A stretch of 64,000 bases of DNA, from assembly GCF_001194135.2 (NCBI RefSeq), contig NC_068987.1, positions 106,643,439-106,707,438 of the forward strand, given 5' to 3'. The notes beneath the pieces are model-generated. The model did no database searches. It saw only the letters and a list, made by a program, of their open reading frames with translations, and was not told where the DNA came from. Shown here one piece after another: positions 52,401 through 64,000 of the stretch. This DNA comes from Octopus bimaculoides (taxonomy: Eukaryota). Position numbers and translations under genes: made by a program. The stretch's first letter is position 1. Every line of letters begins with the position of its first letter.

Positions 52401-52984
52401 TGGGGGGTGTATAGATAGATAAATAGTTAGATAGATAGATAGACCATGAGATTCCGTCCGTTACGACGTCCATGGTTCCCTTTGATTCAATCAATGGGGC
52501 AGCCTGCTTGTCAAATTAACGTGCAAGTGGTTAAGCCCTCCACAGACACGCTGACACGCTGAAATACAGGAGCGAAACATATTTGTGAATTGTGTTGCGT
52601 CCAACACATAGCCATTCGCTGATAAATGAACACGCTGGGGCGCACGCGCAGTGACTCGTACACACACACACTCTCAGATGCATATTCATCATATAAATAA
52701 ATGGTATATATATATATATATATATATACATATANNNNNNNNNNNNNNNNNNNNNNNNNNNNNNNNNNNNNNNNNNNNNNNNNNNNNNNNNNNNNNNNNN
52801 NNNNNNNNNNNNNNNNNNNNNNNNNNNNNNNNNNNNNNNNNNNNNNNNNNNNNNNNNNNNNNNNNNNNNNNNNNNNNNNNNNNNNNNNNNNNNNNNNNNN
52901 NNNNNNNNNNNNNNNNTGTATATATGTATATATGTATATATATATGTATGTATGTATTTGTACATATATATATGTATTTGTATG

Positions 52985-53160
52985 TCTCCCCACCGTGGCT
53001 TGACAACCGGTGCTGGTGTGTTTATGGCCCCGTAACTTAGCAGTGCGGCAAAGGAAGCCGCTAGAATAAGTACTAAGCTTAGAAATAAGAAGTCCTGTGA
53101 TCGATTTGTCCGACTAAAGTCGGTAATCCAGCATTGTCACACTGAAATGACTGAAACAAG
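52985..53160 (+). mobile_element. SINE-C 3' half (5' half probably in the preceding gap)
   Basis: cttgacaaccggtgctggtgtgtt...ccccgtaacttagcag...gaaatgactgaaacaag matches 37680-37845. Confidence 0.8.
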
Positions 53161-53233
<73 letters not shown>

Positions 53234-53257
53234 TTAATAATAATAATAATAATAATG

Positions 53258-53324
<67 letters not shown>

Positions 53325-53329
53325 TGATG

Positions 53330-53372
<43 letters not shown>

Positions 53373-53375
53373 TAA
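53161..53375. repeat. (TAA)n microsatellite expanded inside the SINE-C tail
   Basis: Lies between gaaacaag and aaaagata, which are adjacent in other SINE-C copies. Confidence 0.9.
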
Positions 53376-53766
53376 ATAAAAGATAGGTGTGCGTCTGCAC
53401 CTATGTATGTGTTTAGTTGGGGTTGTGTTTTCGCCTAATATACTAGTTGTTTAGTCAAATGTTGCCTCATCTCTGAATTTTCTGAGTTGCTTCTATCACT
53501 GCATTTGTGTTGAGAATGCATCAATCTCGACACTTCTACCACTCCTATTCTCTCCGTCTCTCTCGATCACTGCATCGAGAAATCTTGCAAAGTAGAAGGA
53601 ATGTAGAAAAGGTCACATGACAATGGCAATCACGTTTTAAACGAAATCTTTGAAAATAAAGTCCTTGATTTCTATGGAGATTTAAAGCGCAATATTTTTT
53701 TCATTACCTCGCTATTGAAAATATTAAGAATGTTGCAGGTGTTACAATTTGGACCTATATACATAC

Positions 53767-53825
<59 letters not shown>

Positions 53826-56559
53826 NNNNNNNNNNNNNNNNNNNNNNNNNNNNNNNNNNNNNNNNNNNNNNNNNNNNNNNNNNNNNNNNNNNNNNNNNNN
53901 NNNNNNNNNNNNNNNNNNNNNNNNNNNNNNNNNNNNNNNNNNNNNNNNNNNNNNNNNNNNNNNNNNNNNNNNNNNNNNNNNNNNNNNNNNNNNNNNNNNN
54001 NNNNNNNNNNNNNNNNNNNNNNNNNNNNNNNNNNNNNNNNNNNNNNNNNNNNNNNNNNNNNNNNNNNNNNNNNNNNNNNNNNNNNNNNNNNNNNNNNNNN
54101 NNNNNNNNNNNNNNNNNNNNNNNNNNNNNNNNNNNNNNNNNNNNNNNNNNNNNNNNNNNNNNNNNNNNNNNNNNNNNNNNNNNNNNNNNNNNNNNNNNNN
54201 NNNNNNNNNNNNNNNNNNNNNNNNNNNNNNNNNNNNNNNNNNNNNNNNNNNNNNNNNNNNNNNNNNNNNNNNNNNNNNNNNNNNNNNNNNNNNNNNNNNN
54301 NNNNNNNNNNNNNNNNNNNNNNNNNNNNNNNNNNNNNNNNNNNNNNNNNNNNNNNNNNNNNNNNNNNNNNNNNNNNNNNNNNNNNNNNNNNNNNNNNNNN
54401 NNNCTTCTTCTTCTTCTTCTTCTTCTTCTCTTCATCCTTCATTTCTGATCCGCACTGCACTTCGTACTGGCCAATCAATAAACTATTCGTAGTAAATCGA
54501 TCTTATTTTCTCTAAAAAAAAAAAAAAAATTGTTTCAAACCTCTCCTCAAATCCGTTTCCTTTCTTCGGGTGCTGGAAAGATTGTGACTGATTTGTCATT
54601 ATCCATTTTGCAATCTTTTCCATAATAGAGTCAGCGAGCAACAGACAGGTGAGAAAGTCAATCGTAGTGCTTCGCTGGTCTTTGACTTCAAGACAACACT
54701 ACTGCATACATGAGCAGCAAATTTGGATGCTGTAGTATTTGAACTCAGGTGCAAATTACTCAAGCATATCGCTCGACATTGTGTTCGGAATTCCAATCCT
54801 TTTGCCCAGTTTCTGCTATTATACGTCAGCTATACTATTTTTCAAAAATAAGAGGGGATGGTCCACATTGGGACGTCTTTATCCGTCTATCCTCCTTTAT
54901 CAAAGCTACTCTATTGTCGTACAACAACAAAAGCGGCGAAACACGTGCAATTTCCGAACATTATCTTAAAACTCCATTTATTGCGTGCGTCAAATTATGA
55001 GTATCATGCGACATAATTAACGATGCTAATGAATTTGATCGCAGCCTTAATCGATCTAATCAATTTTGAAATGATGGTCACAATGACTCTTTGCACTTTA
55101 CAGATCGATTTAATATCGAAATTTGAATCCCACCAACTTTGATTATATCTACATATGCATTATGTAACTTTTGGCGGAATATACTGTATTGGCGACCGAT
55201 TAAGATTTTACACCCTGGAAATTGAAACTGCATAAAATAGTCTTTGAAAAACTACCTCCCATCTATTGTACACTATATTAAAATATGTAACTCATGACTC
55301 TCCTTATTGCGTAGAAACACAATAACGCAACTCGATGCGTCAAAAGACCATTAGCATGTAACCTGCCAGAGTGTCCTTCAGCTGGTAAAGCTGGTTACAA
55401 CACAGCGCCACTGTAACACCGTATCTTTTAGACTAGCAACATTAATGTATAACCGATCACAATGTGTTACACGATAAGCTCATTTTACCCTTTCATATTT
55501 TAAGCTTTCCGTTTCATACCTTATTAAAGCGTTGTAACTCCATTATTCCATTTTCTATTAAATCATACAATTTTCTTACACATTCCCTGATACTGCTATT
55601 ACATATTACGTAAAACCATCGTATGGCTATTACAAACGGTACTTCACGTCAGATTTCTATCATCTCTAGATCATTTCGCCTCTTACGAATATAATACAAC
55701 GGACAAAGAAATAGAAAGACAATGCATCGAGAATTCAACAAGCAGTGAATGAATATACGACATCATTTAAAGCATCACAACTCACAATTTCGCTTTTTAA
55801 TAATATTTACTCTTTCCTGCAAAATAAAACAGTGTTTCCTTCTAGCTGCATATATATATATATATATATATCTGTAAGAATATGTGACACTTATTCAGTA
55901 GCCATGATAAAACTCCGAGTTTCGGATGCCAGGGTGGGAGCCCACGCCAACATCTCTGCAGTTATCTGGCCAATTGAAAATTCCTGTGAAAAATGACCGT
56001 TAAAAACAAAGTGAAATTACTGTACAGTACAAGGTCAAAAACGCGTCTAAAACTGCCTATATTATCGCATGCACGCATATATTCATATACGCATGCACAT
56101 ATCTCTATATACGCACGCATATATCTACATTACACGCTCATCCACGCGCACACTCATAAGCGCGCACATATAAAGTTCCTTGTACGTAAGTATAGGCGTA
56201 CAGGAAAAATAAACAGGGTGGAGGGTAGAATAATTATAGAGAGATAAAAAGCTTATAGATAGACACAAAAATAGAAAGCATGTCCTATCAAACACTCAGG
56301 GAGACCAAAAACGTAGCAAATATTTGGCCAGATGTGGACATGATCCGAAAAGTTCAGTCTTTGAATCTAGACATGTGGTAGGGTCTAAGCTGCCTTTCCA
56401 GATGATCCATCTTTCCATATCACATAGACTGCACCTTCCGCTGCCGCTGGTGTAAGGTTTATACTTGGCTAGGTTCTTCCAATGGATGTTGTAACTGACA
56501 CCTTTATCTTTTAAAGACCATTTATGACTGGATAATTTTGTTGTTTTTCTTTTGTCCTA

Positions 56560-56855
56560 GTGCCTGAAACTCAAAGTTCGTGATATGCTCTTCACAGACA
56601 GTTGTGCACATGTAGCACACCCTTGATGGCAGGTAATGGATTCTAAACAACTTCTTGCGTCCATCGAAGCCTATTAGTTTCAACATCAGCATCAAGAAAA
56701 CTAAGCCTGTCCGACAGATCATTCGTGACCATCCTTCCGCTGTTGCCCCTACTGTATATTCTGATGGGAAAGCAGTAAAAACTGTCTCGTCCTTCATTTA
56801 GTTTGGTTCCATTATGTCCAGTGATGTTAAGATGGATAAAGACATTGACTCCTAA
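56560..56855 (+). mobile_element. RTE LINE reverse-transcriptase fragment
   Basis: LKVRDMLFTDSCAHVAH (cf. LFADDCAL.AH), NISIKKTK, and KTVSSFI*FGSIMSSDVKMDKDID (cf. V..F.YLGS.LS.D..ID.EI). Confidence 0.7.
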
Positions 56856-57453
56856 CGTATCAACCTCGTAACTTTTAAGCCAAAGTATCCGGAGGATAGA
56901 AAACTATTCTGGCTTTTTTTAAATTCTGAGAAGACGCCAATAAATTACAGAAGAAGGTAGCAGCATTGTTAGAGTACTAACAGTTTTGAGCGGCATTTAT
57001 AGTAATCACTGTACTCAATTAAAGGAAGCCGTATAAAATGTAGATGGAATTTAAATTCGTTGAAAACATTCAAGAGATGAAATTAACTTATCTTGCGGAC
57101 AAATATTTAAAAATATTTACGTGACAATAACTGCCTGTTTATAGATCTATCACTTTTCATTGATAATAAGAATCTGGATACTTTTCATGATAAAGCCGTA
57201 ATGCATATATGCAACAAATGGGGGACTTTCATCATTATATACTTTGCGGCACAATACAGGAATACTAAGCATGCATAAGAAAAGATGACATGTTTTGTTG
57301 TAATACTGAAATGCCTGCTACTAGTGAAATTATGAATCTCACCTCAAAATAAGGGAGAAAATATTTTCCTTCATTAACTGTAGGCAGTCGTGTGTCTTCA
57401 GAAAAACATAACTGTGGCAGCGACTGCTCTAATGTTCATAAACATTACGGCCA

Positions 57454-58560
57454 TAACAGGGGTGGAGTCGAAAGGGAAACATTACAAAACAGTTGAAAGA
57501 AAAGACGAAAATAATATTTCGTAAAATAAATGATGAGCAAGAAGAGGAGAACAAAGGGGAGGAAGGTGACGTTTGTGAAGGTAGTGGTGTTGTTGTTGGT
57601 GTCGATAGTGGTGGTGGTGGTGTTGACACTAACCCTATCAAAGACAAAACGAACAGTAATAGTAGTGTAAAAAAACCCCCAGTTAAATCAGGGTTAACAA
57701 AAATGAGTATAAGTGGAAGTGAAAAAGATAGAGAAATAAGATTGTCGAGATTGAGGCAAAATTACCTGACTAAAAATGCAAGAAAGGGAAAAATTAAAGA
57801 TCAACAACAATAGAAATAAAAACTTCAAAACGGCGATTGAAAGAGGAGAAATATTGAGTTCAATAGAACGAAAAGTATCGTAAAACAAATTAAGAAAAAA
57901 TTCAAGAAACAAATTTTGAAATACAGTCTTCAAGAGAATGAATAAATGGACAGGTATTGAACTGCATTTACTTGTGATCTGAAACCTAATTATGCATCTG
58001 AACGCATTGTATACCTGGAGTGAGTATATAAAACCTATGACAAATGCGGTGGAAGACATTTCGATGAGGAGCTTACCTATAATTGGGCCACTTCATAATA
58101 CAAACACTTTTCGAGAAATATGCAAGGAAAATTATAAAGAAAATTGGGTTTAAAGAGTAAGGAGAAATTTATAACAGAGTTCCAATTTCAACGTTTATAT
58201 TTTGTTGATAGCATTCAAACAAACAGAAATTCAATTTCACAAGTAAAAATTTCTAAGCACAAGATTTGCAAGAAATGCTTCATAAATACAATTCTTATAT
58301 CAACAGATTCTTGGTATACTTTACAATGCACTTCAACGTTGAATTTTCAAATTGACATCGTTTCCGGCAATAAACACAGAGGGAGGATATGTCTATCGAT
58401 TTAATGTTCTCGAGTGTAATCAAGCGACAATTATTATGGCTCGAGATAATAGCAAACGAGATATTGATTTAAAGTGTCGTGACTGTAGCATTAGATTCAT
58501 AAATGATTCCTGTCGTTCATACGATGTTTACAGTATCTGAAGCTTTTTGTCAACAGGGTA
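57454..58560 (+). pseudogene. Decayed coding-like region of unknown identity
   Basis: Purine-rich broken ORFs (57493-57813, 58144-58404, 58352-58540) with CxxC pairs (ICKKC, CRDC). No family was confidently recognised. Confidence 0.2.
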
Positions 58561-60329
58561 AATGTAAATCACTTAGGTTTTCCACAAGTCGGTGGTGGAG
58601 TTTACTTAAAAAAATCCGCGTGTTTATTGTTTTATAATTGTATCGTTAAACAAAATTAACGAATTGTCAAACACAGCAATTTGTCTATTCATCTTTATAA
58701 CTGCCAAAATTCATTTTCACGTGCTTTTTACTCATATATGTGCCCAAACAGAGTCGGAAGTCTCCACCCCTAAGAAACACACATATCGAGAAGAACTATG
58801 TTTACAGTCTTATATGCATGGTATCATATGGATAGATTTTGGTGGTGTTGGTATTCTTCCATGTTGCTTTAAAAGTAGCTTCTAAAGCTCTAATATTTTC
58901 GTTGCTTTTACTTGCAATGTAAATTGAAAATAAATCAAATATTTTCCAATATGGCTGCACACCGAAAGACCAAACTAATGTCAAATGCTTTTCATTTTAA
59001 CGCTTCCAAATTGTTGGACTTTGTTTGTATATCAGATATACTTTTACAAGTAAATTAGTATTTGCATAAAATGGCATAAAAAAAGCTGTTCACATACATT
59101 TCAATATATTTCAATTAGATTTCAATTTGATATATTTCAATTCGATTTATCCTATAACGTCGCCAGAAATTTCAACCCAACAAAAATAACAGAACTGACC
59201 CAAATGTGAAATTGCACATGGTTCTGGTTGCCTAAGGCTAAAGCACAAAACACAAGGTTCAACAAAAGGTTATTCTAATAAATATATTAGAGAAATACAA
59301 AATGATGAGCGTGGATATGTATAAAAAAGAACCCTACCTGATTGAGCGTTTGATGCTAAAGTTAGGTATCATGTCATTGGTAACCAATGAATATTGCTTT
59401 ACTGCAATTTGAGCTAAAGCATATTGACACACATAACTATGAACTGCTTTAATGTTATAGTTCCTCAAGGATATTTGTGCGTATGTTTGTAAGACTTTTC
59501 ATAATGAAATATTTAGACCTGATCTCAAGATTAAAACACGAAATTCCATATATGGCGGTATTTTTGTAACAATGGAAATTTCGGAAGGTATGAGTTTTCT
59601 CAATTCCTCAGATGTATACTAACGTGAATAGTAAACAAATGACTGTTTGCTCACAGATTAGATTATAAATATATTTACGGGAGAAATTGCAGCTCAGAAC
59701 TAACCTAGCTTCAATCAAATAAACAGCTGTGTTTTCAAAAGTTTGTCAAAATGTCTCTTTTCCACTAATTCTGTGGTATAATCAATTCCTATCCTATTAT
59801 ACGCAGAACGCCTAACAATCGAATTAAAAATGCCGTTAGTTAGAGTTCTAATATAACATCGTATTTTAAAACGACGATTCGGCAAAATCTTTAGAGATAT
59901 TTACTGTCTTTACGCACTGAGTTCAAATTCTACCGCGGTTTACTTTGTCTTTGATCTTTTCGTGATTGATGAAATAAGTACCAGTTAGGCACATGGGCCG
60001 TGGTAGTCACCGAAATGTTTGGCCTTGAGCCAACATTTGAAACCAATACAAAATAACATTTGGCAGTAATGTGGCAATAATGTAAACGGTACCTCAAATT
60101 CAACATGGACAATTATACTAAAGATTATTTCTTCATTAAATATACGACACCGTTTTTGTTGTTGTTAGTCGTGTTTGTAGATTACCAACACTACATTATA
60201 ATGCAAATTTCTTCCAGGAAGTGCAATATATTTATAAAATCTCCAACTTTGTATGAATTGCTATTGCAGCAATGCTTTCTTCACACAAACAAACTGTACT
60301 CATTACAAAACGATGAGTTAACAATGAAA

Positions 60330-62000
60330 CTAATAAAATAATTCCTGCAGCACAGAAGATCTGTTAAGATGTGTAAATATAGATTAACCCAATTTGCTTC
60401 CTTATCAAAATCAATCTACAATTCTATACTTGCGATGGTACATTTCGATCAAAGCAGAGGATGCGTTTTCCTTGAGGCTTCTGTTAGATTTTGTATAACA
60501 CTTTGTCTCTAAGTTGCAGTCTGACAATTTTTTACACCTTTCTAACATTTGGTTGCGTCTTCTGGCATAAAATGATTACTCAGGTGCTGCATGAAAAAAC
60601 CCGAGCCTTTTCTATTTTTTGTTTTTGTTCTTTAGTACTGGTTATTACTTCTTCACATATAGCTGCAACTTCAGTTCTTGCAAGAAAAGCATTCTATTCA
60701 GCTCCCAAATGTAGTGAACAATGGTATATTAATTTTATATATTTGCAAAACATATGGATACGAAAGAACGAAATTGCTACAAGCACATTGGACGAACTTA
60801 CGTTTGTAAACAATAAATGTTTTGGCAGCTCTGTGCAGATGGCTTTAACATTTGGAATTTCGGAAGTATAACGTGAATGTGTTCAACTGTGCCATTAAAG
60901 AAATAACATGTGCAAATATTTTGACTAAATTAATCGTTTATATGGGGACACATGACAACGATCATTTTAATTCCTGCAATGCTGTCGTTCTTCAATTCCA
61001 AAAACTTACCTTCCAATATTTGAGAAATGCATTCATATCGAGATATAATTTCTGGTGTCCATGTATAGACGTACTATTCTAACACAAAGTTTCGTATGTA
61101 GCAAGCGCCAGAAATTTATTTTGAATACAATTTTTTATTTACTTGTAAGAAAGGAGGGAGGACAGTTTAATTTTATCCAGAGTAGCATTTTCTTTAGTTG
61201 AATTTAACGCGTTTTCCATCTGTCCTTATATGTCAGTGTTAAAGTAGCTTCTGTGCTCAAATGTATTCAAATATTTCAGCAAATTAAGATAGCTTTGCAT
61301 ACCATTAGTAATCATTCATGAAAAAGGTCAAGTTACCTCTCGTGAGATAATGTGAATGTGACACAATTTGCCTGTGGTTAGCTAACTTATATATAGTGTC
61401 GGAGAATAGGGAGAGGAAATCTTTGTCGATAGATGCTCTCTTTTAGAGGAATTGGCCTTGATTTTAATAATTATTTGAAAAGTATCATGAAAACAACTTG
61501 CAATTATTTGTTTCATGCTTTGATTATTTGACATTCGCAGTGAATGAATTAAGTCGCAGTATAATCTGATTTCATGGATATTGTTCACAGCTTAAACAAA
61601 TTTTGATTACTAAACATGTTTTGAATATTTTCAGGACAAATTCTAATAAAATTACTCCAAGAATTACTCTCAGAATTTCTTGGAGTATTCTGTAGAATCT
61701 TCTAAATAATTCCCGAAGAGTTCTGTAGCAGCTTCAATTTTCAAACATGTTTATCCTTGCCAGTTCTTTTAATTTCCTTATGGGATAAATATTTGTTCAC
61801 TATATCATCCTCCTGAACAAACTCAACAAATCTCATTAATATTTTCCAGTTCTCTTTGCAGTTTCATTAACTTGAAGCACATATAATGATTCCTATCTTC
61901 GATAAGTATTCTCTTTTATATTTGCCGTTATCTCAACAATACGCTTACATGCTTCGTCATTTCTAAGTTGTATCTTTTCATTTTCATTAGATGCCTAATA
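60330..62000 (-). pseudogene. Decayed coding-like region, possibly an RNF213-like pseudogene
   Basis: Broken minus-strand frames give, in order, KILQNTP, RLYCDLIHSL, AE*NAFLARTEVAAICEEVI, QKIEKARVFFMQHL and IDFDKEANWVNLYLHIL, recalling from memory the pre-RING E3 region of RNF213. Splice-donor-like AAG|GTAAGT and GAG|GTAAC also occur. Similarity is weak. Confidence 0.25.
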
Positions 62001-62907
62001 ACTCTCATAGAAACGAACGATCCTTTAATGATATGAGCGTTTTAATACTTGGAAACTGGTGACAAGATGACTGTTACATCAATTTAACTGTACTTTTAAA
62101 AATTGTAATGGAAATGGAGATTTGCATTTTGAAATCCGTTAGTAAACACCTGGAGTGAAAAACAGGGCTGAATATTCTCAGTCCTAATGTCTAATTCCTC
62201 AAATTCTTTTCATGAATACGGTATCCATGGATATAACTCTCCTCTTCTATACATAAAGTAAAACCGAGTGAGAGATATAATTCGTGTATCGCCTGCTCTT
62301 CTGCTCTTTCTTAATTTGTTTTGTTTTTTAATGCTTTTAAGGGCGTCGGACTTCGTGTGCTGAGTGAGGTGGATTATTTTCCCGATATACACGGACACTC
62401 TTACCTCAATTTCAGCAATCTCATTTGTGTTGCCACCTGCGAATCAGCTTCACATTACAAGAGATATTTCTAATATATTTGAACACCATTCTGAAACTCA
62501 AAGAGCAGACATTACGATATATTTCTAATTAACTGAAACATTTCAAAATGTCTGTAATATCTGTTTCATGTTTCACGCAAACTTTACAAATACTTCAGAT
62601 TACTAGTCATATTTTCAAAAGCCTCAATGAAAATCCAACTCAATTATTCCAAGATATTCTGTGAAGTATTAATCTACAATTTCAATACTATATAAGTGAA
62701 TTACACGGAAATTATATTTCAGATTTGCTAAATTTTTACTTTCTTAATAATTTCCATCTCTATTTAAGAAATACTTTTTTTCTCTGAATACTGTTAAATA
62801 AACCTCAACTGTTGATGTATACATACATATACGCACAAGCATACCAATAACATCTATGTCTGTGTGTATAAAATATATACATACATACACACACACACAC
62901 ATACGCA

Positions 62908-62939
<32 letters not shown>

Positions 62940-63902
62940 TATANNNNNNNNNNNNNNNNNNNNNNNNNNNNNNNNNNNNNNNNNNNNNNNNNNNNNNNNN
63001 NNNNNNNNNNNNNNNNNNNNNNNNNNNNNNNNNNATATATATATATATATATATATACATACATGTATATATCTATATATATATATATATATAACATATA
63101 TATACGCCCATACATAACTTTACATATATACATTCATACATACATATGTATATGCACACATACACACACGCACCACACACATATGTATATACAAAACAAC
63201 ATATATGCGTACACATGACATATTAGGAAACAATTATTGCTTCAATGCGAAATTGACAACTTTAATTAAGTACTAGATATTGTGCGTATGTATTTGTCAG
63301 TCGTCTCATCCTACACTAAACTGTTATTTGCTAAGGTGAGTTAAGCATTTAGATAACTGAATGTAATCACACGCATACACACATAAAATCGCATGCGCAC
63401 AGTCACACACAGACTACCACTTAAAAGATGTGAACATACGCGCAAACAGTCACGCACACACAAGCCAGAAGCTGCAATAGTCATATGCGTATTCGCACAT
63501 ACGCCCATTCGAGGATTCGCACACAAATACAGAAGAACATAGTTACGAACATAAAGACATAATTACACACCGACATGGGTAACAGAATGAATAAATTTAT
63601 AATTCACAGAATACACTTTCTCAAGTGCTCTTTATTGTGAATAGGTTTTCATGTTACTGGAAATGGAAAAGCATTCGTTAGACAATCAATTACTTTTCAT
63701 GGTGGAAGCACAGACTTCGACTATCTGGTTTCATTCCTCTGACGGGCAGTATGAAATCTATGCATCACAGATGAACCATTAATAGGACTGAATTATATAT
63801 GTTAGAAATAGTTTTTCCTACATGCTGCTATATTTAAAACAACATTAGGAACTGATTCGCACTCGAATTATTCCCAATTAGACTTTAATATTTCTTACAT
63901 TG

Positions 63903-64000
63903 AAGGCGGTGAGCTGGCAAAATCATTAGCACGCCGGGCAAAATGCTTAGCGGTGTTTCGTCCAGCCTTATGTTCTGAGTTCAAATTCCGGCGACGTCGA
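63903..64000 (+). mobile_element. SINE-A head, cut by the window end
   Basis: ggcggtgagctggcaaaatcattagcacgccgggcaaaatgcttagcggtgtttcg...ctgagttcaaattcc. Confidence 0.85.

Noticed and set aside
52445-52555. Segment resembling another cephalopod retroposon end (ccgttacgacg…gaaattaacgtgcaagtgg)
   Set aside because: Single degenerate copy in the window and recognised only from memory, so not listed as a feature.
61653-61688. 11-bp-stem hairpin TACTCCAAGAA…TTCTTGGAGTA
   Set aside because: A short inverted repeat in AT-rich DNA is within chance expectation, and no function is indicated.
4485-63218. Dozens of long ORFs in the track rich in X, YI, HT, CV, poly-I or poly-S
   Set aside because: They are translations of N gaps and di- or trinucleotide microsatellites, not genes.
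1-64000. CRISPR arrays, rRNA genes, prokaryotic operons
   Set aside because: None seen. The recurring dispersed repeats are SINE copies, not repeat-spacer arrays, and the sequence is eukaryotic.

Overview
Repeat-dense, AT-rich eukaryotic DNA with many assembly gaps, most flanked by (TA)n/(CA)n microsatellites. The SINE, LINE and microsatellite make-up strongly suggests a cephalopod, probably Octopus (inference from pattern recognition). No intact host protein-coding gene can be supported. Recognisable content: two Tx1/L1-clade LINEs on the minus strand, two Penelope-like fragments (RT region and GIY-YIG end), RTE fragments, a DD37D (maT-type) Tc1/mariner relic, a tandem pair of 93-bp mariner-type MITEs, many copies of at least three tRNA-derived SINE families (working names SINE-A, -B, -C), a degenerate tRNA-Thr-like gene and two decayed coding-like regions near the right end. 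The most interesting signal is an apparent Tx1-SINE system. A Tx1-like element carrying only ORF1 has inserted into the head of a SINE-A copy with a 4-bp TSD (20758-22553). A second SINE-A copy carries a Tx1-like 3' tail and sits, with a 13-bp TSD, at a site that mimics the SINE-A head (33834-34068). Both Tx1 copies and that SINE share a similar 3' terminus.
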